Part shown: piece after piece, positions 34,843 to 41,486 of the stretch | How positions within the stretch are numbered: the stretch's first letter is position 1 | Layout of the letters: the number at the start of each line of letters is the position of its first letter | DNA from: a virus | Lineage: Duplodnaviria > Caudoviricetes | DNA: 41,486 nt | IMG/VR virus record: IMGVR_UViG_3300017747_002615 | Span: 1-41,486 of that record | Reading direction: 5' to 3' (one strand) | The notes under the pieces: generated by a model | Told to the model about the DNA's origin: nothing | The model's database searches: none | What the model saw: the letters and a program-made list of their open reading frames with translations, nothing else | Position numbers and translations under genes: made by a program

Positions 34843-35660
34843 AGCGCCCCAATAGCCTCCGGTGAGTATTTTTTTCGGACATACGCCTGCCCCGCAGATA
34901 CGCGCTCGTTCAACTCGCTCCTGAAATGCTCCGTCCATTTCAGGCCGGTCGGGAAGTTGCCGACCCACACAAAATCCTTGAATTCCTTGTACGATGGATG
35001 CGCCATGCAAACCGCAAAGCAACCGGAGCGGATTGCGTTTATCAGTCGGTTGGCACTCTTGAAGTCCGCAGCCCCTCGCGTCGGCAGAATGACGATGTTC
35101 GATACCTGAAACGCCTTGACCATGCTTTCCTTAGACCACCGGATAACATTAGGAATCTGTTGCGGCCCCGATACAACACGGAGTTTCCTTTCGCCCAATA
35201 CCCCCATGACGGAAATCAGTTCAGGGAAGTTTCCAACATGCCCGTACCAAAGGTAGTTGTCGCCATCTGCGTGCGGCGCAACTTCTTCGTACTCGTATGG
35301 GTCTGGAATTGAAACAGAATCGCGCTTCACATAGTCATATATGCGTCCACGCATGATGTCTGATGCACACACAATCCCGTCCGCAATTTCAGCGAACTGG
35401 TGATATGTGTCGTCACGCTGGAAATGGTCATCGGCAAAATCCACAACGATCTTTGCGCCATCAGCCTTTGCCTGTCGCGCTATCGGCAACTCATCGGCGT
35501 TTGGCTTGCTGAACACCACAATGTCAGCCTCGCCGTCATTCATGGCCGTTTTGTAGCCATTGATCTTTGCAACCTGCTCGCACGGTATTTGAGCGCGGTA
35601 ACGGTAAGACGCCAGCGTGTCTCCAAACCGATGCACCCACACCACATTTTTTGCGCTCAT
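34815..35660 (-). CDS. GT-B fold glycosyltransferase
   Basis: ASYRYR, DIVVFSK, IVVDFADD, ADGIVCAS, IPDP, LWYG and DFKSANRLINAIRSG, matching the GT4-like donor-binding region. Confidence 0.75.
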   Translation of the reverse strand: MSAKNVVWVHRFGDTLASYRYRAQIPCEQVAKINGYKTAMNDGEADIVVFSKPNADELPIARQAKADGAKIVVDFADDHFQRDDTYHQFAEIADGIVCASDIMRGRIYDYVKRDSVSIPDPYEYEEVAPHADGDNYLWYGHVGNFPELISVMGVLGERKLRVVSGPQQIPNVIRWSKESMVKAFQVSNIVILPTRGAADFKSANRLINAIRSGCFAVCMAHPSYKEFKDFVWVGNFPTGLKWTEHFRSELNERVSAGQAYVRKKYSPEAIGALWANYLESV

Positions 35661-36433
35661 GTGGGTTTCCCGAGTCTTTTCCGCTCTGCGTTGATTGCCG
35701 CCAAAAGTCCATCCCCCTTTACATCAATGTGAATCCCAGGAAGCGTGGCGTACACATACTGGAAATCAGCCGCCTGCTTTGCCATCGCTACATTGCAGAT
35801 AAACGTCCTGTCGCCGACAGTGACATCCTGCCGCTGTCCAGTCAGGCTCCCATCTATGCGCTTTGTAATACCGTCAGGCGCGTTGCATGAATCCATGCCG
35901 TACATGACGAAATTACGGAATCCTTGGTCAACTCCAACATTCACGGCTCGCAGACCCGACGTACTCATTCCGCCAATCGCCCGTTTCTTGTTGGCGATCA
36001 ACACTGCATTCTCATCCTCTGAACTCATGCAGTGCCACATCATCACATTGCGCCCTTCCAAGTGTTCAAACAACTCAGGGCAACACCGTGACGCCAGTAG
36101 ATACACCGTATCCTCTGAATATCTCTGTACGTTGTTACGCCTGTCCCGTGGCTCTATGGACAGGAACAAATCGGGGCAAATCTCATGGCTCACCAGATAA
36201 TCATGCGCCCCTTTGATGGCGCAGATCGGACGCCCAAGTTCCTGCTCTTTCCTGATGTCATCCAAATGCTCTGAAAGAGAAGGGCCGCTACCCACAATCA
36301 CGAAAACTCCATCGTGAGAGCAGATAGCGGATTGCAACTCTGGCAAGCGACGTTTCAGGTTCTTCTCAATGTACGAAGGTATGCCCTCCGGTATGTTGAA
36401 TTGCTGAACGTCGAATGTCAGAGGTCGTAGCAT
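35657..36433 (-). CDS. Maf/DUF115 (MptE-like) domain protein, putative sialyltransferase-like glycosyltransferase
   Basis: VIVGSGPSL, PD, GGMSTSGLRA...GFRNFVMYGMDSC and VKGDGLL; ATG 36433 with an AAGGA RBS. Confidence 0.75.
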   Translation of the reverse strand: MLRPLTFDVQQFNIPEGIPSYIEKNLKRRLPELQSAICSHDGVFVIVGSGPSLSEHLDDIRKEQELGRPICAIKGAHDYLVSHEICPDLFLSIEPRDRRNNVQRYSEDTVYLLASRCCPELFEHLEGRNVMMWHCMSSEDENAVLIANKKRAIGGMSTSGLRAVNVGVDQGFRNFVMYGMDSCNAPDGITKRIDGSLTGQRQDVTVGDRTFICNVAMAKQAADFQYVYATLPGIHIDVKGDGLLAAINAERKRLGKPT

Positions 36434-36447
36434 GTTGTCCTTACCTG

Positions 36448-36927
36448 TTAGGCCGGATTTGCAAACGGGAAGATTTGCAGCGGCGCAGCCCCGAGCGCAG
36501 TCACATTGGAAGCCGTGACCGTGGACGAGTAAGTGTTCAGTCCGAGAACCAAGCACTCTGAAATCGTTGCGTCATCCAGCACGCCGGGGGTGGCCGTGGT
36601 GAACAACGGAACGAAGTCGTTGCAGTTTGCTGCCACGTTTACGCCCATCTTGCCATTGCGCTGTGCCCAACCGTAGCAGGACACAGCAATGGAAATCTGG
36701 ACAACGCCGATTTTTTTCTGGGTCGCAGCAAGCGTCGTAGTAACGTTCGATGCAACGCCATCGGCGTCAATTGCCACAGCGTTGAACCCCGAGAGCGCAG
36801 ATGCGGCCTGGATGTACTCAAACAACGAGCCATCCGATGCCTGAACCTGCGTTCCCAGGGCAAAATCTGCCGTGGTGGTGTAGGCGTTCAGATTCACGCC
36901 AATAAGACTGGAAGTAACAGTTGCCAT
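36448..36927 (-). CDS. Capsid decoration / cement protein
   Basis: 159 aa, beta-rich and T/S/A-rich, directly after the MCP with a strong TAAGGAG RBS. Confidence 0.7.
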   Translation of the reverse strand: MATVTSSLIGVNLNAYTTTADFALGTQVQASDGSLFEYIQAASALSGFNAVAIDADGVASNVTTTLAATQKKIGVVQISIAVSCYGWAQRNGKMGVNVAANCNDFVPLFTTATPGVLDDATISECLVLGLNTYSSTVTASNVTALGAAPLQIFPFANPA

Positions 36928-36950
36928 GATTTATCTCCTTATGGCAGTGG

Positions 36951-37982
36951 TTAGGCGACCAGCACGCCGCTGAACTGCGGGCCGCTGGAAGTCATGTTGC
37001 CAGCCCAACCGATGAGCTTGACGATTGCGTCCTGATTCACAGACTGACGCTCTCCACCAATCGGCACAAAATTGCGATCACTGTGCGGACGGAAGAAAAT
37101 GTAATCCGTGTTCAGAGCGTAGAAATGGCTCGTCGGTTCGCCGCCAGTGTTGCCGGAGGTATCAACCGCACCGTTCACGCCGCCACCGAACACCACGTCA
37201 GCAGCAATGCCGCCACCGTAGAATTTCAGTGATGGGAAACCGGCACCAGCCGTTGCGCTTCCTTCGCTATTGCTCACACGCTGTATCGCTTGCAGAGCAT
37301 TCACGTAGAAGCCGTAGTAGTTTGCCGAACCAACCAACAGGTCAGGCGAGTTGTTGCCACGGACGCAGCGCAGGCACAGCGTCGTCAGGTACTGCACGAT
37401 GTTTGCCGCCGACACAGCAGCGCCACCGTCAGTAACGCCACGGTAGTACTGATTGCGCCAGAAGTTCCACGACACACGGCTGATGCCGCCATACGTTCCA
37501 GTAGTCGGATCATCAGCAATTGCAGCAGCCAAACCCGTAAGGTTCTTGCCACCGTTGCCAGTGCCATTCTGATACATGTCATAGTCGATGCGGTTCATCA
37601 GTTGAGCTTCGGTAACTTTCACGCGACCTTCCATCAGGTCGATGATTTGTTCCTTGCTCGCGTTTTGCAGCATTTCCAGACCGGACATCGTTACGGCAGC
37701 AGCGTACTGCGTGATGCTGAACTGTGCCGCGCTGATCGGGCTGTTGACGCCGATGTTGAGAGCCTCGTAGCCGGAATAAGAATTGGCGTTGATGCTCGAT
37801 GAGTCGATATACATGATTTCTTCCAAAATCACGTTACCGCCGGAGAACGGGCGTACATTGCCCTTTTGTTTCAGTTTGCGCAGAAGCGCGTTGTTATTCG
37901 CCACGTTGTCAGCGAGTTTTCCAGAGCGATTCTGGATGGTAGTCGCGATGATGTCCGTGATCGAACTGTTTGCATAGGCCAT
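36951..37982 (-). CDS. Major capsid protein
   Basis: 343 aa (TDIIATTIQNRSGKLADNV...SYSGYE...TYGGISR...WRNQ...GWAGNMT), TAAGGAG RBS, follows the scaffold. Confidence 0.9.
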   Translation of the reverse strand: MAYANSSITDIIATTIQNRSGKLADNVANNNALLRKLKQKGNVRPFSGGNVILEEIMYIDSSSINANSYSGYEALNIGVNSPISAAQFSITQYAAAVTMSGLEMLQNASKEQIIDLMEGRVKVTEAQLMNRIDYDMYQNGTGNGGKNLTGLAAAIADDPTTGTYGGISRVSWNFWRNQYYRGVTDGGAAVSAANIVQYLTTLCLRCVRGNNSPDLLVGSANYYGFYVNALQAIQRVSNSEGSATAGAGFPSLKFYGGGIAADVVFGGGVNGAVDTSGNTGGEPTSHFYALNTDYIFFRPHSDRNFVPIGGERQSVNQDAIVKLIGWAGNMTSSGPQFSGVLVA

Positions 37983-38007
37983 GATTGGCTCCTTATGTCA
38001 GTCGAAT

Positions 38008-39087
38008 TTAAACCCTGCCGGTCGAGTGAGCATCAAACGCCGATGCTATGTCGTCCCGCAGACTCTTGTTCGCAGGGGCCTGTGTCATCGTTCCGCTAGG
38101 AGTAGAGGACTTGACGCTTACAGCCTGCGAGCGCGCACGGGTTGCGACGGCTTGCTTCTGCGCGGCCTGTGCAGCGACCTCTGACTGCTGGCGCTGTTGT
38201 TGCGCCTGCTCGTAGATGTCGTTGTGGCGCGGGTGGCGAAGTGCCGCTTCATATGCGCTTTGGTAGTCTTGGGCTAATCCGGCTTGGAGTAATCCTGCCA
38301 TCGTGTCCTTGACGCTTTCGTAATGCGGATACTTCTCGGGAATCTCTGCCTTGAATCTGTTGAATTCAGACGCGATTTCCCGTTGAGTTAGTTTTTGTTC
38401 TACAACACTGTCAATATCAACCTGTGGCTGCTGATACTGCGGCTGTTGCGGTTGTTGGTACTGCACTTGACCCGACAGCACTTGGAAAAGTTGCTGCGGG
38501 TCGATGCCGTAATCCTTGATGATCTTTGCACCGTACATCACCTTTTCTTGCGGCGATCCGGTGGCAAGTCTGGAGTGAGCGGAAAGCAGGTTTGGAATAA
38601 GCTGCGTCGGCTGCACACCGTACTGCTGCATCTGAGGGATGAACGGCGCGATGGCGTCATTCAGTGCGCGGGCGTGTTCCGCCTCTTGCTTGTACGTCGA
38701 AACGCCGCTCGCAAACTGGCCCTCACGCTGGATGATGTAATCCTGCAATTCAGGGGCGAGCGTTTCCCATTGCGTGTCATAGTCTTTTTTCCAGCTTGAA
38801 GGTCGCGCCTTCCTGACAGGTTCCGCAACCGCAGGCGTAGTCGGCTCGCTTGATGGGACGGGCGCTGGTTTTGTGGCCTGCGGCGCGGAAGTCTTTGCGG
38901 ATGGCTTTTCGTCTGCCTTGGCAAATCGGCCTGCCTCATCACGCAGCCGGTCGGCTTTCTGCGACTCCGTTTCTACAGGTGCAGTCTCAATCTGAGGCGC
39001 GTCTGGAACGACATCACCCGACCCAACAGAATCAAAACTTGCCAGCAAGTCATCGCGCAGAGTGGTCTGCTGTTCGACGTTTTCCAT
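38008..39087 (-). CDS. Capsid scaffolding protein
   Basis: RDEAGRFA, P.SWKK, Q-rich helical body and C-terminal SLRDDIASAFD; directly upstream of the MCP. Confidence 0.8.
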   Translation of the reverse strand: MENVEQQTTLRDDLLASFDSVGSGDVVPDAPQIETAPVETESQKADRLRDEAGRFAKADEKPSAKTSAPQATKPAPVPSSEPTTPAVAEPVRKARPSSWKKDYDTQWETLAPELQDYIIQREGQFASGVSTYKQEAEHARALNDAIAPFIPQMQQYGVQPTQLIPNLLSAHSRLATGSPQEKVMYGAKIIKDYGIDPQQLFQVLSGQVQYQQPQQPQYQQPQVDIDSVVEQKLTQREIASEFNRFKAEIPEKYPHYESVKDTMAGLLQAGLAQDYQSAYEAALRHPRHNDIYEQAQQQRQQSEVAAQAAQKQAVATRARSQAVSVKSSTPSGTMTQAPANKSLRDDIASAFDAHSTGRV

Positions 39088-39144
39088 AGTGAAACTCCAT
39101 CAATGGGAATGTGCCGTCATCTCGACGGGCCGTATGCAACATTG

Positions 39145-39357
39145 TTACGCGACCATACCCGCCGTGATCGCTGCGGCTTGCGTTGCTGCGCTGTCGGTAT
39201 TGGTCGTGTCGATGTATCTTGCGCGACCAACCCTGACTTGCCCACCAAGGCAATAAAACGTGTCCGTGGTGGAAACAGTCGATTGCTTCAAAATCTTGAT
39301 CTGGTTTCCAAAACCCTGCGGGTCAAGCTCTGCCTGAATCTCTGCGACGCTAGCCAT
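39145..39357 (-). CDS. Small hypothetical protein (possibly structural)
   Basis: 70 aa, AAGGAG RBS. Confidence 0.7.
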   Translation of the reverse strand: MASVAEIQAELDPQGFGNQIKILKQSTVSTTDTFYCLGGQVRVGRARYIDTTNTDSAATQAAAITAGMVA

Positions 39358-39359
39358 GA

Positions 39360-39653
39360 TTATCTCCTTCTGCTTTCAAACTGGTTCACTGCACGAATGA
39401 TATCCTCTTTCAATCCCGGTGCAATTGGCTTTGGAGAGGGTGGCCTTGTTAGGCTGCTATCATTCCCAATCTCAACAAGGTTGTGCCGCTTCAAATGCTC
39501 CCTGTGATGGGCGCGTGATGTAATCATGCTTCCATCTGCCATACTCTGATACGGTTGTATGTCGCCCATGACATATGCGGTTTTCGGCTCCGAAGTGTAG
39601 TCATCAGACACTTCGATGGCCTCGCCGTTGCGGTATATCCAGCGTTTCCTCAC
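39360..39653 (-). CDS. Conserved hypothetical protein of the head operon
   Basis: DIQPYQSMADGSMITSRAHHREHLKRHNLVEIGND; GTG 39653 (GTGA overlap) is the likely start. Confidence 0.7.
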   Translation of the reverse strand: MRKRWIYRNGEAIEVSDDYTSEPKTAYVMGDIQPYQSMADGSMITSRAHHREHLKRHNLVEIGNDSSLTRPPSPKPIAPGLKEDIIRAVNQFESRRR

Positions 39654-40105
39654 GATGAAAGACTCCCAATCCATTGTGTTGTGGTTGCACGCCAGAATGT
39701 CGCCGCCGTGTTGATGGCGAGAAGGATTGCCACATTCGTTGCCAACTGGTTGATCTTTCCGCCCAATGGCGGATACACGCGCAGTTCATTTGCGCCAGCG
39801 TTATAAACCGTCTGCGGAACACCGAAAGTCTGTGCTGTGTTTAGAACAGCACCAGTATTGGCGGCAACGGTCGTAAATACATTCAGCGCGGCGGTAATGC
39901 TGGTGGCGGTTTCTTGATTCGTTCCCGCTGCCGTTAGTGTCGCGCTGGTTGCGCTTGCCGCCAGTTTCTTGACCGCGCCGCCAATCAGCGCGTACATATC
40001 TCCAGTGTCGGTATCAATGTAAATCGGCGTCGATGGCGTCGGCGTGCTGATGCCCCCAAATGCGGCAACTGCTGGAACGCCCGAAGCGCCGCGAACGTCA
40101 GCCAT
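39650..40105 (-). CDS. Beta-rich hypothetical protein (possible head fibre or decoration)
   Basis: 151 aa, T/A-rich, with VYNAGANELRVYP; AAGGAG RBS. Confidence 0.7.
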   Translation of the reverse strand: MADVRGASGVPAVAAFGGISTPTPSTPIYIDTDTGDMYALIGGAVKKLAASATSATLTAAGTNQETATSITAALNVFTTVAANTGAVLNTAQTFGVPQTVYNAGANELRVYPPLGGKINQLATNVAILLAINTAATFWRATTTQWIGSLSS

Positions 40106-40265
40106 CCAACCGCTCCTTGTAATTCTCTCCTAGCAGAGATCGGTCGCACTGCCCGTTCATCAGCCGCAGCACGTCGCCCTCAAGTCCAGCGTCCCGAATG
40201 CGCTTGATAATTTCCTTCCGCTCAGAGTCCAGACGTTTCTGCGCTTCTGTGTACGGATCAGCCAT
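40098..40265 (-). CDS. 55-aa hypothetical protein
   Basis: MADPYTEAQKRLDSERKEIIKRIRDAGLEGD...; overlaps both neighbours by 8 nt. Confidence 0.55.
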   Translation of the reverse strand: MADPYTEAQKRLDSERKEIIKRIRDAGLEGDVLRLMNGQCDRSLLGENYKERLDG

Positions 40266-40479
40266 GCGCCACCTTTTTTGTCAGTGTTTCCAAGAAAACG
40301 CCATTTCTCCTGTTCCACAAACTAAGCGCCTCCTCTGGAGTCTTTGCAACCGGCCCTATTGCTTTGCATCCGTTAAAGCAGCGATAGAAAAACTCCAGTC
40401 CCGTCCTTGGGTCGTCGAACTGGTCAATCCTTGGCTGACAACGGCAGAATGGGCAGGCAAGATCGCCGTCTTTGCTCAT
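40258..40479 (-). CDS. Lar-family (restriction alleviation-like) zinc-binding protein
   Basis: LACPFC...CFNGC...GP...EEALSLWNRR. Confidence 0.7.
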   Translation of the reverse strand: MSKDGDLACPFCRCQPRIDQFDDPRTGLEFFYRCFNGCKAIGPVAKTPEEALSLWNRRNGVFLETLTKKVAHG

Positions 40480-41363
40480 TGCGGCCTCTCACTGGTAGGC
40501 GTTGGCATTGAGTCAGCCTTGATCTGCGCAACCTTAACCTGCGTCTGCGCGTTCAAATCAGCCTTCCATTTCTCGAACATCTGCATGAAGTTCATTTCCT
40601 GCTGTTTGAACTGCGCCTCCATCTGCAATTTCTGTTGCTCTGCCTGCTGCTCGGATTGCATCTTCATGCGCTCCAACTGCATGTCAGACTGAATTTTCTG
40701 CTGCTGAATCTGCATGTCGGATTGCGCACGTTGCTGCTGAATCTGTTGCTCTGCCTTCACCCGCTCCATTTCAGGGTCTGACTTCTGCGGCGGATTCGCA
40801 GCCAGTTCCTGCGCCTTGTCGATCACGGCGTCCAACTGCCCCTCAATGGTTTTCCCAACCTTGAATGAAGTGACCACAAATTTAAGCAACGAGGCAATCG
40901 CCGGTGCCATGATGGGTGATGCCTGTATCATCGGCACGGCCTTCTCAAGATAAGCGCCAATCGCAGCAACAAACTCGATGCGCTTGGTCTTTTCTTCTTC
41001 CTCGTCAATCTGAACCATCGTGTCGGCGTTGATTTCGATGCGGAAGTCACGCATCGGGTTCTTGCCACGCGGCCCATTGACCGGATCGGCCATGCGTTCT
41101 TCGCCAATCAACAGCGCCATCGCCTGCGGGATCAACTGCTGATCTTCTGGCTTGAATTCCTGTGCAGCGGCCATCTTCAAGATTGTTTCCGGCGCATAGT
41201 TCCCACAAATGATCTGCGCCTTCAATTGCAGCGCAGCCGAAGCAAACAACGCCACATCGGTCTGCATCGACTTCAAGCGCAAGCTAGCGTACTGTCCCTT
41301 GATGCGCTGCGCGGTGGCCGTTTCATTGGCATTGGACTGCCCGCGAATGATGTCCGAAATCCT
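40476..41363 (-). CDS. Portal protein, C-terminal part (continues from base 1)
   Basis: ISDIIRG...ETATAQRIK...FRIEINADT, followed by a long Q-rich coiled-coil tail; in frame with 1215-1. Confidence 0.88.
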   Translation of the reverse strand, partial: RISDIIRGQSNANETATAQRIKGQYASLRLKSMQTDVALFASAALQLKAQIICGNYAPETILKMAAAQEFKPEDQQLIPQAMALLIGEERMADPVNGPRGKNPMRDFRIEINADTMVQIDEEEEKTKRIEFVAAIGAYLEKAVPMIQASPIMAPAIASLLKFVVTSFKVGKTIEGQLDAVIDKAQELAANPPQKSDPEMERVKAEQQIQQQRAQSDMQIQQQKIQSDMQLERMKMQSEQQAEQQKLQMEAQFKQQEMNFMQMFEKWKADLNAQTQVKVAQIKADSMPTPTSERPQ

Positions 41364-41486
41364 CGTCAGGTCATAGACCTGTTGCAGTACCTGTTGCACC
41401 GACTCATACGCCGCCCGCAGCGCCTCGTAGATCGGCTTCAAGTCCACAATGTCAATTGCACCCGCAAGACCGTTCTTCTCGGCAAA
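41364..41486. repeat. Terminal direct repeat, copy 2
   Basis: Identical to bases 1-123. Confidence 0.97.

Noticed and set aside
33233-36433. Sugar cassette as a gtrABC-type O-antigen conversion locus
   Set aside because: There are no membrane proteins or own promoter, the genes are coupled within the late operon, and the phage shows no lysogeny genes. DNA glycosylation is less likely because no base hydroxylase or hydroxymethylase is visible, but it is not excluded.
36928-36960. Programmed frameshift or readthrough fusing the MCP to the decoration protein
   Set aside because: There is no slippery sequence, a second in-frame TAA follows, and the downstream gene has its own strong RBS.
22625-38799. 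Long plus-strand ORFs antisense to structural genes (e.g. 23774-24538, 27276-28226, 34072-34833)
   Set aside because: They are typical antisense shadows of GC-rich coding sequence, with no RBS or protein motifs.
41364-41486. 123-bp terminal repeat as a biological DTR
   Set aside because: It falls mid-portal with the frame continuing across the join. It is best explained as assembler overlap of a circular or circularly permuted genome.

Overview
This window looks like a complete, circularly assembled genome of a tailed dsDNA phage with podovirus-type gene content. The unique length is 41,363 bp: bases 41364-41486 repeat bases 1-123, and the portal gene reads through the join. The Rz/Rz1 spanins indicate a Gram-negative host. 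A long minus-strand late operon runs terS, terL, portal, scaffold, major capsid, decoration protein, four sugar-modifying enzymes, head-tail and tail proteins, GNAT, three ejection proteins, tail fibre, and holin/endolysin/Rz/Rz1. Two plus-strand early arms (4.3-8.4 kb and 13.1-19.1 kb) carry many small genes, a YqaJ exonuclease, a NUMOD4-HNH endonuclease and a MazG-like protein. A minus-strand cro to DUF3987 arm (8.4-13.0 kb) includes VRR-NUC and a Mom-like XF1762 protein. I see no integrase, CI repressor, primase, DNA polymerase, tRNA or CRISPR array. The top candidate for a new system is a translationally coupled cassette directly behind the capsid genes, encoding a Maf/DUF115-like transferase, a GT-B glycosyltransferase, a SAM methyltransferase and an NDP-sugar C-methyltransferase. 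It suggests virion decoration with a methylated, branched glycan. Other highlights are matched 13x10-aa and 14x18-aa repeat blocks in an ejection protein, a synonymously diverged internal repeat in the tail fibre, and a local strand-skew switch around an origin-like locus near 4.1 kb. All family assignments come from motif recognition by eye; no database searches were run.
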